Origin: Octopus vulgaris
Taxonomy: Eukaryota
Assembly (NCBI GenBank): GCA_951406725.2
Contig: OX597825.1
Span: 43,214,001 to 43,278,000 of the forward strand
DNA: 64,000 bases
Direction: 5' to 3'
Below the pieces are notes generated by a model that searched no databases, was not told where the DNA came from, and saw only the letters and a program-made list of their open reading frames with translations. Positions 12,531 to 24,892 of the stretch are shown here, one piece after another. The position numbers and the translations under genes are program-made. Each line of letters opens with the position of its first letter. Position 1 is the first letter of the stretch.

Positions 12531-12640
12531 GGCGCATGCGTAATATTAAAAGTATAAAATAGCGACAATTTACCCATCGCTCACTTTGCGCGCGCGCGCG
12601 TGTGTGTGCGTGTGTGTGTGTGTGTGTGTGTACGTATAAA

Positions 12641-13413
12641 TATATTGAGTTGGCAGCTAAGTTCCCGCTTTTTCTTTTCAATCTTAGAATGCATGAGTTT
12701 CGCATGCTTTAATCTACGAGCCACAATCTGCGCTGGTTTGCTTCTTCATCACCGCTCAACTCATGGACACAAGCAATGATTTCTATACCGAATCGTTACA
12801 GGCGACGAAAAAAGGTGCCTGTACATCAATATGAAGCAGCGTAAGGAATGGCTTAGCCCCGGTAAACAACCGAAACCATCCATGAAACAAGATATTCATC
12901 CGCGTAAAGGATGTTGTGCGTATGGTGGGACTGGGAAGGGATTATCAATTACGAATTGCTTGAACGGAGCCAAGCGGCCAACACGAAACTCTATGTCCAA
13001 CAGATGGAATGACCCAACACGGTTATTCAAGAGAAAACACCTAATCGACAACATAGACTTTTTCTGCTGCTCGACAACACCCGCCCTCATATCGCCAATA
13101 TGACAAAGAAAGCCATTCAAACACATGGCTGGGAAGTGCTGCTACACTCGCCGTACTCTCCTGATTTGGCACCAACGGATTTCCACCTCTATGCGCGGAA
13201 ATACTGATGCAGAATTGAGAGCTTGGTTGGATCAATTTTTCGAGTCAAAATCGGGTGTTTTCTACCAACGAGGCGCATGCGTAATATTGAAAAGCTTGTT
13301 GAACGTTGGGAAGAAGTTGTAAACAACAAGGGTGAATACATTATTGATTAATTAGTTGTTTTTTTATTAAACATTTAAAAAAATTTAAATTTAAAAACTT
13401 GCCAACCCAATAT
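12641..13413 (+). mobile_element. Internally deleted mariner with TIRs
   Basis: Ends TATATTGAGTTGGCAG / TTGCCAACCCAATATA. Internal RIVTGDEK, KQRKEWLSPGKQPKP and YSPDLAPTD motifs across frameshifts. Confidence 0.85.
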
Positions 13414-13422
13414 ATACATATA

Positions 13423-13686
13423 TTTCTGAAAGTTACTTTGCAAAAAGTTACCTCCTAGGAACGGATATTTTCTGCTTCAACGGGGCCCTTTACTCATTAT
13501 GTGAAAACTTTTAACAGTCTAAAACTTTCTCTGGGACATAAGTAATGAAAGTTCCCAATTTAGATAAGATCAGCAGAAAATTACGGCCGTTATAATCTTT
13601 TACACAGATACACAGACAGAACGGGATTTACATTATATATATACGTGGACAAGGGAGGTAACTCTTTGAGAAGTAACTTTCAAAAA
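13423..13686. mobile_element. Non-autonomous element with ~33-bp imperfect inverted repeats
   Basis: TTCTGAAAGTTACTTTGCAAAAAGTTACCTCCT pairs with GGGAGGTAACTCTTTGAGAAGTAACTTTCAAAA. Confidence 0.5.
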
Positions 13687-13689
13687 TTG

Positions 13690-14285
13690 ATTGTTCCCTG
13701 TACATCGTTTGGTCAAAAATGATCACAATCTCGACTGGCTCCAAAAAACAACACTTGTAAGTGATATTAATGAGCCGCTGCTGCAGTAGCTTCCTGGAAG
13801 TCTTCACATCTATAAGTCTGTTGATACAATCCACATCCAGAAGAGGAGCTAAATTATCCAACAAAATTTCTCATTTCATTGGTGCCACCGGGACTACCTG
13901 CCCACAATATGGAACTGAAAATGGGAAATCCAGTAATGTTATTGTGGATTTTGGTTCCACCAACACTCTGCAATGGAACACACCTAGTGATAAAGAAGAT
14001 GATGCCACATGTTATTCAGGTCACCATTCTCTCAGAATATGGAAAAGGAGAGGATGTTTTCATACCCAGAATTCCTCTCATTTCATTGAAAGCAGAAATT
14101 TCCTATTCGTATGTGCTTCGCAAAGTCTATCAATAAATCCCAGAGTCAAATACTTGGAAGAATTATGCTTCTCGCACGTGCGATTAAATATTGGCTGCTC
14201 TAGAGTGGAAAGCAAAAAAAAAACACTATTTGCCTTTGTTCTACAAGGGAAAAGAAAGAATATTGTTTACCAAGACATTTTGTAG
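13690..14285 (+). mobile_element. Helitron Pif1-like helicase C-terminal fragment
   Basis: PPGLPAHNMELKMGNPVMLL...LCNGTHLVIKKM...GEDVFIPRIPLI; CFSHVRLNIGCSRV; KNIVYQDIL*. Confidence 0.85.
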
Positions 14286-14299
14286 CAATTACTACATCC

Positions 14300-14978
14300 T
14301 ACGATGCACTCCAGTATTTATTGGGCTTTGTGAATGATGAAGATGGATACAATTTCGGCATAATATCAACAAACCCGAAAACCTCATCTAAAAAGCAGTT
14401 TCCTTCATAGATTTCAATATCAGAGCATATTCTCCAACTACTCTCACGAACTACTCGGTAAGCCATTACGCCTTATTTTTTAAGTAACTGATTACTACAT
14501 ATTCTCATGTGACTGCATTGGCTCAGTTTATGTTTCTTATTCCACAGTCACACCAGCAATCCAATGTCAACACTTCCCCGTTGCCGTCTCTCATTGCTGC
14601 CCCTTTCCGGAGTGTACCCACCTACGTACAATATCACCATACCTACATTCATTCGACAGTCAACCATACAATGGGTCGAGTTAGAAGCAGCGACGACCAC
14701 CACAAAGGAGAGTATATCCACTGACAGCTTTTCAGTGCATTCAAAAATCACATTTTTTCCATTGCAGGTTAGGGCCTGGAATCCTCCAAACGGGCGCATA
14801 ACATGTCGCTTAGTGTAATTAGCGCATCATTTACACCATAAATCTTTTGTAGTCAATGTTGCACCTTCAATATCATATGTCTCAACATCTATACTGTAAT
14901 GCAGAAAGCAGCTTATCACTTAGGTATGCAACAATTACTAAAAGTACTAAAAGAAAGCAATATTAAAAGCGTCACCAT
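14300..14978 (-). pseudogene. Decayed secreted EGF/EB-like + C-type lectin ORF
   Basis: Acceptor-like TTTCCAG directly before ATG, then MVTLLILLSFSTFSNCC (signal-like); SGYTLLCGGRRCF; *ETATGKC*HWIAGV fits CTL W-x2-A-x3-C-x4-A; AYRVVRESSWRIC. Confidence 0.4.
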
Positions 14979-15204
14979 CTGGAAATATTTTTATAAAGTC
15001 ATGTTCTAAGAAATTGCCTATAATTTCGATTTCTGAAGTTGATTGAATTTTTTAAACTTCAAATTCTCGCAAATTTTAATATCTATTGCATTCACTGCAT
15101 TCTATTGTTCATGAATTTAAATATTCATTGCATTCACTGCGGAGTTTTCTTTGCAACAGTCTCTCATTCTCGCTTGCTTCTATTTTCGTTAATGATAATT
15201 TAAC

Positions 15205-15860
15205 AGTAGCTATATAACTTTGATACGAGACACAATTTCAAGAATATTATCATTTTCCGGAGTTTGTTAAATGGATATTTTTGATAAAATATTTTTTTTA
15301 AAAATCTGTTGAATGAATGCATGCTATTACACAAAATAGCTGTATAACTTTGATACGAGACACAATTACCAGAATATTATCAGTTTCCGGAGATTGTTAA
15401 ATGAATATTTTTGATAAAATGAATATTCTTTAACATACCGGTATAATCTTTTTAAATGAAGAAATGATTTTGTTGGCGTGGCTATTTGGAACGCTTATAA
15501 GCCTTACAATAATAACTATCTGATCGCTGCTATTTCTAGCATGGTAAACAAGATACTTTTAACGAGGTTTCACTTATACGATTTTTTTCAATTCATGTTT
15601 AAACAAAATAGCTGTATAACTTTGATACGAGGCACAATTTCCAGAATATTATCAGTTTCTGGAGTTTGTTAAATGAATATTTTTGATAAGATGAAAATTC
15701 TTTCATATACCCGTATAATTGTTTGTTTGTTTTTTTAATGAAGCAGTGATTTTATTGGTATGGCTTCTTGGAACGCTATAAGCCTTACAATAATAACCGT
15801 GTGATTGGTGCTATTTCTAGCACGCTTAACAAGATAGTTATTAATGAGCTTTCATTTCTA
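15205..15860 (+). repeat. Imperfect tandem repeats
   Basis: TAGCTRTATAACTTTGATACGAG..ACAATT..CAGAATATTATCA recurs near 15207, 15337 and 15608. GGAACGCT(T)ATAAGCCTTACAATAATAAC occurs twice. Confidence 0.85.
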
Positions 15861-16069
15861 TATAATATGCGACTGAAAATTAAAATTTCGCAGCAAAGGC
15901 ACAATGGCAGAGAGAAAGACGGGCAACTTAATCAGAGGAAACTAGGGCAAAGCGACTGAAACAGATGCCTGAATATACACGTAGACATGATTCTGTTTCC
16001 GCAGCACATGACCGACTGTATCTCAAGAGGAGAATATTCTACTTCAAAATAATGTCAGATCAGAAATTG

Positions 16070-17158
16070 TTGATGCAACAGTAAAGAGATCTTTTCTTTG
16101 CGTTCATATAGAAGTAGTAGAGTTGACACCCAATCTAAGACTTTTTACAAAATGTCATTCTGTTGAATGAGAGTTTGCTAATTACCTTCTTGATATAGAA
16201 AATGGTAACATTTCTGTTCAACAAAGTCTAGGTGAAGTAAAAATCAAATTACGCCATGACCCTTACTTTGATAGTGGAACCTTTTCAGATCTATGTGATT
16301 TTGTATATGCTGACCTCAAAAACAACTTCACAAACCCTGTGTGGCTTGTAAATAGAACCATCGTTACTCTAACAAATAAAGAATCACAATCTGTGAATGA
16401 TTTTCTGTTGACCAGGATCCCGGGTGAGCTAAAATTATACAGAAGCTCAGGTAACTCTGAACCCAATAGACTTCAGCAGCAAAGTTACACCATCAGGGTT
16501 TCCACCACAAGGCACAGGGACAGACTTTTGAACAAAATGCTTCTCACATAGTCAAGCTGTTTCGAAAGAAGGCTAATGTAAAAAATATTGGTTGAGAGAA
16601 ATGGAAACAGTATGATTACTGACAATTGTGTCTACAAGGAGATACTACTTTAAGGCAAAATATATTTTTTAACAAGTTTCAGCAAATAGAATTGACACAT
16701 AAATTATACGTTACATGCCGAATGAATGATATCATTATATTAGATCATGTTAAATTTGGGTATATTTGAAAAAGTAAGGAAACGTCATTCACATGTGTTC
16801 TCACAGCACGAGATTTTGTGTGTGTATGAGCATCTATCTCTCTCTCTATGTATCTATCTATCTATCTGTGTGTCTATCTATCTATCGATCTACGCACACC
16901 TATGTAAGTTCAATTATTAATGAATCATATATACAAGATTGACTTTTTAAAATGAGAGATTATGACTGATAAGATAATGAAAGCAATATTTACAAAGCAA
17001 GTGAGCACTATTATACAAAGAGATAATTAGACGTAAAATATAAAAATTATTAGAATTGGGAATCAAATATGAAAATACTATCGAGTAGCTACGAGAAAAC
17101 CGTAATATATATACAAGCTGTCATCTTAATCCCGCGCAACACTGGGTATCAATGCTAG
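16070..17158 (+). mobile_element. Helitron 3' portion with helicase remnants and 3' terminus
   Basis: EFANYLLDIENG...WLVNRTIVTLTNKESQSVNDFLLTRIPGELKLYRS; TDNCVYKEIL*. Ends in subterminal hairpin CCCGCGCAACACTGGG then CTAG (17155-17158) followed by T. Confidence 0.8.
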
Positions 17159-17190
<32 letters not shown>

Positions 17191-17342
17191 CTGGGAATTT
17201 GCAAAAACGAAAGACGACGACGGATGTGCAAACAACAAACAGACGTATTAGTGTAACGCTCGGGAAGGGAGAAAATCTTTTACGTTTCGAGCCTACGTTC
17301 TTCGACATAAAGGAACACAAAAATAAACAGGGAGAGAAAATA
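17191..17342 (-). mobile_element. Penelope-like terminal-repeat fragment in (TA)n with degenerate hammerhead
   Basis: Similar to 17955-18290. Minus strand ATGTCGAAGAACGTAGGCTCGAAACGTAAAAG. Confidence 0.55.
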
Positions 17343-17376
17343 GATATATATGCATATATGGATATACGTATATATG

Positions 17377-17437
<61 letters not shown>

Positions 17438-17461
17438 CATATATGGATATACGTATATATG

Positions 17462-17495
<34 letters not shown>

Positions 17496-17497
<2 letters not shown>

Positions 17498-17722
17498 ACA
17501 TATAAATAAGGGTTAAAGAAAATTATTTCAATGTCAATATGCTGATAACAGACTTTTAAATCGTCAATTTCCCCATATTATTTACTCGCTACAGAAAAAA
17601 ATTTCAGCTCTTCGTGTTTTTTTCTGTAGCGAGTAAATAATATGTTGAAATTGACGATTTAAAAGTCTGTTATCAGCATATTGGCATTGAAATAATTTTC
17701 TTTAGCCCTTATTTATAAGTTG
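17496..17722. repeat. Inverted repeat with ~105-bp arms in a (TA)n-flanked element
   Basis: ATAAATAAGGGTTAAAGAAAATT...TACTCGCTACAGAAAAAAA mirrored by TTTTTTCTGTAGCGAGTA...TTTCTTTAGCCCTTATTTAT. Confidence 0.9.
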
Positions 17723-17812
17723 TTTATAATTTTAACCGTAACGGTATTTTAATATGCTGCCACATTTTATTATGAAATTTTTTTCTGCAAAAAACTTCAT
17801 ACTATATTAGTA

Positions 17813-17886
<74 letters not shown>

Positions 17887-18084
17887 GTATACATATACCT
17901 ATATATCTATGTATGAATATACATATACTTATATAGGTATATATATGTATATATAACGGGAAGCTTTATGAAAATAGACAAAAGACGAAGGCAGGTTTAC
18001 GGAAATAAACAAAAGACGAAGGCAGGTGGAATACAAACAAACAATTGTATTAGTATGGCGCTCAGGAAATATAAATAAAACAAG

Positions 18085-18122
18085 TCTTTAACGTTTCGAG
18101 CCTACGCTCTTCAACAGAAAGA
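18085..18122 (-). ncRNA. Minimal type I hammerhead-like motif (CUGUUGA core variant) in a Penelope-like repeat (17955-18290)
   Basis: TCTTT-CTGTTGA-A-GAGC(GTAG)GCTC-GAAA-CG-TT-AAAGA: 5-bp stem I, 4-bp stem II, minimal palindromic stem III. Confidence 0.55.
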
Positions 18123-18409
18123 TACACAGAGAAAAAACACAGAAAGAAGGAGAGAAAAAAATGCGTGCAGAGGCTAGCGAATCAACATGGCGATCTGATT
18201 TCGGCCAGAAGTCAAAGATCAAACGTGAGACGCAATAGCGAAATTAGGGGAGATAATAGGGTTAAATGACCTCGCTCCAACATACGAGTGTGTGTGTGTG
18301 TATGAGAAGAGTGTGTGTGTGTGTATGAGAGAGTATTAGTGCGTATAAGAGGTCTGGACGTGTGTATGCATATATGATGTGATGTGTAAAGTCGTATGGT
18401 GTAGTGTAG

Positions 18410-18840
18410 AGAGAGGAGATGAGGGAAGAGGGGGATAGAGGGGATGGGTGATGGTGAGGGGGGGAGAAAGGGGAGAAGAGGGGAGAAGGAAAGAGGAGAA
18501 GGAAGGAGAGGAGAAGAGGAGGGGAGAGAAGAGAAGGGGGAGAAGGAAGGAGAGGAGAAGAGGAGGGGAGAGGAGGAGGGAGGATAGAGGGAGAGGGGGA
18601 GAGAGAGAGAGAAGGGGAGTGAGGGAGCAGAGAGAAAGAGGGAAGGGGAAGAGGGAAGAAGGAGGGAGGGAGAAAGATGGAAGAAGGGAAGAGGAGTAGG
18701 GGTGAAAGGATGAAGGACTGAAGAGAAGTAGGGGTCGGGGGCTAGGTTAGATGAGGAGGGGGATAGGGGGTTAGATGAGGAGGGGGAGAGGGGGTTAGAT
18801 GAGGAGGGGGAGGTGAGGAGGGGGAGGTTTTGGATGAGGA
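18410..18840. repeat. Polypurine (GA-rich) low-complexity tract
   Basis: Almost only G and A, including three copies of GGTTAGATGAGGAGGGG. Confidence 0.9.
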
Positions 18841-19369
18841 AAGACGTGTTTGCTCTTGCTCTGTGAAAAAACAAAAAGGTTTGCATAAACCGACGAAATA
18901 ATCTACTAAAAGTAACAAAACGTAGAACTTGTTAACTCATAAAGTCTACTAAAATACATTAATTAAAAATATATTAATTAAAAACGTAATATATTTCGCT
19001 TGAAGCCAAATATAATACAGTAAAGTTAGTTACGCATGCTAGATTCTTCGCCGAAAAAGCACGTCGTGTCAAGTCTTTAATTTATCTCCAGCCAAATGTA
19101 AGAAGGAAAAAGAATTGTTTTCTTTTCTGTTGTGAAAGAAAACTTCTTCGTACAAGCACGAGGGTTTGGACTGTACCTTTCAAGATAAGTATCGCTTGCA
19201 ATTGTTTGTTTATTATTTTTTTATTTTCCTTTAATATAAGCTAACATCTCAGTTACGATTTACGACGTCATCTTTGTTTACATTCTGAGAATAACTTTCT
19301 TTCAATTTCTGTTTCGCTTTGATATGTTTATTTTCCTGTAATTAGTTTAGAATTAAATAATTCCTTCAT

Positions 19370-19970
19370 TTTTCTCACTTTCTTCTACCTCCTCTCTCCT
19401 CCCTAACATATATTCTCCCACTTCAAGCTCCTTTCTCCCTTCCTTTATCTCTCTTTACGTTTGCCTTTTCCCTCTCTCTTGCATATCTTACTCTTTTTCT
19501 CATCGCCTCTCCTCCCTTTCATATCCTTCCCTTCTCTCATTTCTCTTTCCTTTCCATCTCACATCTACCTCTCCTCTCGTCACCTCACCCTCTCTCTCAT
19601 ATACTTCTCATTCGCTCATTCTTCTCACTACGTCTCTCCCTCTCTCTCACATCCTTCATCCTGTCTCTCCTACACTCTGTCTCTCTTTCTCTTGCTATCC
19701 TCTCCTCCCCTCTGTTTCTCTTTCTCTTCCCCTCTTCTCCTTCACTCTGTCTCTCCTTTTATTCCCCTCCTCTCCCCCTCCCCTACCTTCCTCTATCTTT
19801 TTAACACATCACACCCCCTTGCTTTCCTCCTATCATCCTCTCAATTTCTTTCATAGCACCTCTCTCTTTCCTTCCCATCTCCCTCTCTCTTTCCCTATTT
19901 CCCCCCTCTGTGTTTCTCCGTCTCTACCTCTCTCTATCCCTCATTAACTCTCTAGCTTCTACTCCCCCTC
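19370..19970. repeat. Polypyrimidine (CT-rich) low-complexity tract
   Basis: Almost only C and T, immediately upstream of LINE ORF1. Confidence 0.9.
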
Positions 19971-19987
19971 TGGACCTCAAAACGAAG

Positions 19988-20821
19988 ATGGCACTAAAGT
20001 GGGAAAAGAAAGAGTTAAATCTTCTGCTGAGAGCATGGACGATTGCTAGTGGTGATCCGCCGAACAACATCATCACTGCCGCGCTAAAAAACAATGTATT
20101 TCATAGAACCATTGACCAGATAGAGCGGAAGAAAATTGAGTTTATCCGGTCTTACATGCTTATAAGACCACGCATCAAAACATTGGACAACATAATCGAA
20201 AATTATTGTGGCAAAGCTGATGAGGATGAAGAGGACGAAAAAGAGAAGGAAGCCGGAAGTCTCTGTGATCCAGGGGTTCCTCAGGAAAATGGATCACCTA
20301 CCATGGTGAACGACCAGGTAGTGAAGGATAGGGGAGCCAAGGGAGCAGAAACCGGAAGCCCCCCTGTACCAGTGGTCCTACGAAGAAATGAAAAATTAGA
20401 AAACCAGAAGAAAAAAGGAAGGACCGAAAACAAAAATAAGGAGGGAAGAGGAGGAAAAGGCAAAACAACCAAAGCTAAAACCCCAACCAACCACACAAAC
20501 AGCAGAGAACCCCATGGAGGATCCAATGCCACCCAGTACACTTCGGGAAAGAAGAAATCTGGAAGGCACCGAAGAACGTGTAAGTTCTACCTGCGGGGCA
20601 AATGTTGGCATGGTGAGGACGGCAAAAACTGCCGTTTGCCCACCCGACACCCCACCAGAACTTCAGGGGACTCAAAGAGAAAAACTTTACCGAGGGAACA
20701 CAAGAAATGTCTCCCAGGAAAACATCCAAAAATGAAGTGTGCTCCCCAGATGTTCTGCGCAACGCAGCAGCTGAGCAAGAGTCTTTTTTATGCATGGCGC
20801 AAAGAATTGTCCGGCAGCTAA
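19988..20821 (+). CDS. LINE ORF1 with CCCH-like zinc finger
   Basis: MALKWEKKEL...; basic linker; CKFYLRGKCWHGEDGKNCRLPTRH. Probably frameshifted after the first finger. Confidence 0.65.
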   Translation: MALKWEKKELNLLLRAWTIASGDPPNNIITAALKNNVFHRTIDQIERKKIEFIRSYMLIRPRIKTLDNIIENYCGKADEDEEDEKEKEAGSLCDPGVPQENGSPTMVNDQVVKDRGAKGAETGSPPVPVVLRRNEKLENQKKKGRTENKNKEGRGGKGKTTKAKTPTNHTNSREPHGGSNATQYTSGKKKSGRHRRTCKFYLRGKCWHGEDGKNCRLPTRHPTRTSGDSKRKTLPREHKKCLPGKHPKMKCAPQMFCATQQLSKSLFYAWRKELSGS

Positions 20822-23766
20822 CCTGGCTACACCAAGCACAGAGAAGGAACCCTGCCCAACACTATGCAAGACCACCACAGTCAACAGACACGGGATGGCC
20901 TCCCCTAACGCCTGCACAGCCGTCACCCCAATACTTTTACTAAATATTGGGAGCCTGTTGCATCAAAATATAAACAAAATTTCTTTCCTGAGAGATCTTA
21001 CTGCATGCATAGCACTTGTGGAAACTCACCTCAACCCTGATATAGAGGACGCAGAAGTACACATACCAAACTATGCCACACTGCGAACAGACAGAAGGGA
21101 AATGAGCCATGGTGGAGTTGCTGTATACATCCGAGATGACCTCACACCCCAGGTCTTAATGACATACTCAAATTCGGTATGTGACACTTTAATTGTATAC
21201 ATAATACAACATAATATAGTCATATGCACTACATATTGCCCACCAGATGCCCCAAATCACATAGGCAAGTTTGAAGATTGCCTCACAAGAATTAAAGAAA
21301 TCCTCATGAATCTGGAACACCACGTGACCATATTTCTTATGGGTGATTTCAACTTCCCCAACTTCAAATGGCCCGAAGGTCACATACTCTCAGGAATGAA
21401 TCATTGCAAGCAAGTACAGGTGGAGTCCCTGCTCAACCTCACCAATGCCTTATTCATGGAGCAAGTTGTACTTATGCCAACTAGGACGAATAACATTCTG
21501 GATCTCTGCTTCACGAACAGTATGGACATCATTCATGATGTGAAAGTGACACCAACATCAGTTTCGGATCACAACATAATAGAGCTGTCTATGTTTGGGC
21601 CAAAAGTAACCAGAGACATACAGCCTAAAGGAAGCACCCGAAATCTCTCCAATCTGAACTTCCACAACGCAGATTGGAAATCGATCCAAAAAGAGATCCA
21701 CAGAGAGGACTGGCCGGAATGTCTTCTGTGCAAACCGTATGCCAGAAATATGTCCCAGAGCACAAGGCCAAAACAAATAGGAGCAAGATTCCAAGAGACA
21801 GGAAGATCCTCATGAGACGACGGACGAAGGTTGCAAATCGTCTCAACCAACATCCCAAAAGTAGCGAAACGTCCCGCCTAAAAACAACACTGATGGAGAT
21901 CGAAAAAAGGCTGCAACAATCCTATGTGAAGGAGAAAGCAGACAAAGAAGCCTGGGTTATAAAAAACATTAATTCAAACCCAAAGGCCTTCTTTCATTAC
22001 GCGAAAGAAACAGTCTCAGTGCACTACAAGATAGGACCCCTCCTCCAAAAGGATGGCTCCCTCACAGACAGTCCAACTAAGATCAGTAAGATGCTGAATG
22101 GCCAGTTCAAAAGTGTCTTTATCACCCCGTTGGAACACAGACAAGTGAACGAACCAGTGGACTTCTTTGTCGCCTCACCTATAACCAGCGAGGCGGTTAC
22201 AATAGAATGTATTGACATTAGCGAAAAAGATGTCCTACTAGCCATAGATGAAGTGGACACAAACTCAGCTGCTGGTCCAGATGGTTTCCCAGCAATCCTC
22301 CTCAAAGCGTGTAAGCATGCCCTGGCAAAACCCCTCAAGATTCTCTTCCAGAGCTTTCAACTGCCAAGCAAGCTGAAGAAAGGAATAATATGCCCAATAC
22401 ATAAAGGGGGAAGTAGAGCAGATGCCAAAAACTATAGGCCTATCTCTCTGACTTCACACATCAGCAAAGTCATGGAAAGGATAGTCAGAAAGAAACTAAT
22501 CGCATTCCTTGAGGAAAATAACTTGCCGAGTGATACCCAGCATGGTTTTCGACCAGGTAGGAGCTGCCTAACCCAGCTCTTACAGCATTATGACTGGGTG
22601 TTGAGGCAGTTACTCAACAAATCAAATGTGGACGTAATCTACCTTGATTTTGCACAAACTGAGTGACCTCGGCATAGCTGGAAAACTTGGAGTGTGGTTA
22701 CATGACTTCCTGAAAGATAGGAGTCAGGCAGTAGTGGTTAATGGAGCCACCTCTATGAACACACAAATAGTGAGCGGTGTTCCACAGGGCACTGTCTTGG
22801 GACCATTGCTTTTTATAGTGGCCCTCTCAGATATGCCCTCAAATGCCCGGATAGCCACTCTGGCCAGCTATGCAGACGATATGAAAGTCTCGCAGAAAGT
22901 ACAGAACCCCAGCGATGTTGCACACCTGCAGCAGGAGTTGGACTCAATCTACAGATGGGTTGAGGATAATAATATGCAGTTTAATGCTGAAAAATTCCAG
23001 GCCCTGCGCTACCAGAATCCAAAACTGAATATTAAACTTACAGGATACACCGGTCCACAGGGAATTTCAATCCCAGAGCCTAAGTCTGTGAGGGACCTGG
23101 GTATCGACATGAGTGATGAAACCTCTTTCCAAGTGCACATTACCAGGATGGCGACAAAGTGCAGACGACTGGCCGGGTGGATCCTAAGAACATTCAGAAC
23201 CAGAGATAAGGAAACCATGATGGTCCTCTGGCGGACATTCGTCCTCAGCCGCCTGGATTACTGCTCACAGTGTAAAATTAAGAGCGGACCTTGAAGCAAT
23301 CCAGAGAAGATTCACAAAGAAGATCGTCTCTTTGCAACAGCTCAGCTACTGGGAAACGTTGAAACAGCCAAGACTCTACTCCCCAGAGAGAAAACGGGAG
23401 AGGTATGCAGTGATATACGTCTGGAAGATCCTGGAAGGAATTGTACCAAATTTTGGCATTGTAAGCTACACCAATGCTAGAACGGGACGACACTGCATAG
23501 TGCCAAAGATCCCAGCAATGCCATCACGCTTCAGGACCAGCTTCTGCAACAGCCTGGGTTTCAAGGGCCCACAGCTTTTTAATATTTTCCCAAATAGTCT
23601 GAGGAACTTGCACAAAGTAGATGTAGCGGTTTTTAAATCAAAGCTGGACATCTTCCTATCGAGAGTCCCAGATGAACCTACCTCACCGCAAGAGGTGCAA
23701 ATGAGAGTAGCTATATCAAACTCCATTCTTCACCAAGTGCCACATATTAGACGATGTTCGTCGTAA
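20790..23766 (+). pseudogene. LINE ORF2 (APE endonuclease + reverse transcriptase) split over four ORFs
   Basis: ALVETHL, GGVAVYI, MGDFNFP, LDLCF, SDHN; NYRPISLTS, QHGFRPGRSC, YLDFA, GVPQGTVLGPLLF, YADD. Confidence 0.92.
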
Positions 23767-23845
23767 TAACAGTGTAGCACAAAACGGTGGTGCATCAGCA
23801 TGGCCGCAGCTCTGAGCTGAAACAAGAAAAAAAAGAAAAGAAAAA

Positions 23846-23878
<33 letters not shown>

Positions 23879-23998
23879 TACTATTTCTTTTTATGGTTCA
23901 TTCTGTAGCCATAATAGGCGCTTTCACACACATATATGTAACTATGTGCATGGATATGTATGTATGCTTATATGTATGTATGTATGCGTCTATGTATG

Positions 23999-24063
<65 letters not shown>

Positions 24064-24155
24064 GTGTATATATATATATACATATATATATATACATACA
24101 TACACACACATACACATATATATATCAAAATAAGCAACAAGGATATCCAAGGGAG

Positions 24156-24243
24156 TGTAGTACAATTGTTTCATGCTACTTCATTTAATCAAACAATGTA
24201 AGTATTACATTTGTTTTAAAATATAGAGCACTCTTCAGCCACA
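24156..24243 (-). ncRNA. Type I hammerhead ribozyme
   Basis: TGTGG-CTGAAGA-GTGCT(long loop)AGCAT-GAAA-CAATTG-TA-CTACA: canonical core, GUA site, palindromic stem III. The copy at 25611-25698 (+) is mutated in stems III and I. Confidence 0.75.
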
Positions 24244-24498
24244 TATAGAATTGTTCAATTAAATAGACGATGTTCATTTTTATACTTATTCCATTTGCCA
24301 ACATTACAAAGAGGGTAGATATATAGACAGTGAGGTTAATTTCATCATTAAGAACATGGTAGTAGAAGGTCCTTCTCCATGGGCTAGAATACGTCTAGCG
24401 TATTCCTTTAATTTAACTCATTAATAAAAATAAATCACTATTTAGTAACTATAAATCTATTTTAATAAAAATCTGATATATAATATATATATATATAT

Positions 24499-24759
24499 AT
24501 TATATAATTAGGGCTTAGTAAAATAAATTACTTTGCCACATACTGAACTTAGTAGAAATAGCAGCCAAAAAAATTTTCTTAGCATTTCTACTACTTAAAG
24601 AAAATTTCTCTCAGATAATGTTTACTCTAGAGTAAACATTATCTGAGAGAAATTTTCTTTAAGTAGTAGAAATGCTAATAAAATTTTTTTTGGATGCTAT
24701 TTCTACTAAGTTCAGTATGTGGCAAAGTAATTTATTTTACTAAGCCCTAATTATATAAT
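24499..24759. repeat. Near-perfect 260-bp palindrome with no spacer
   Basis: Centre CTCT|AGAG at 24628/24629. The ~130-bp arms differ at only a few positions. Flanked by (TA)n. Confidence 0.95.
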
Positions 24760-24847
24760 GTAATATTTTGAATTCGCCTTAAATGGTCCTTTTACATACT
24801 GAACACTTGGTGAAATTGATTAATTAATTAATTTTACCCTCAATTGT

Positions 24848-24892
<45 letters not shown>

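Larger units (their letters stand above)
19988..23850 (+). mobile_element. Near full-length CR1-group LINE, disrupted by frameshifts and deletions
   Basis: ORF1, then APE endonuclease and RT, C-terminal SYWETLKQPRLYSPERKRERY...FKSKLDIFL, short 3' UTR and A-rich tail. Confidence 0.9.

Noticed and set aside
18212-19856. Pro/Ser/Leu-rich and Arg/Glu/Gly-rich ORFs
   Set aside because: Derived from polypurine/polypyrimidine low-complexity DNA.
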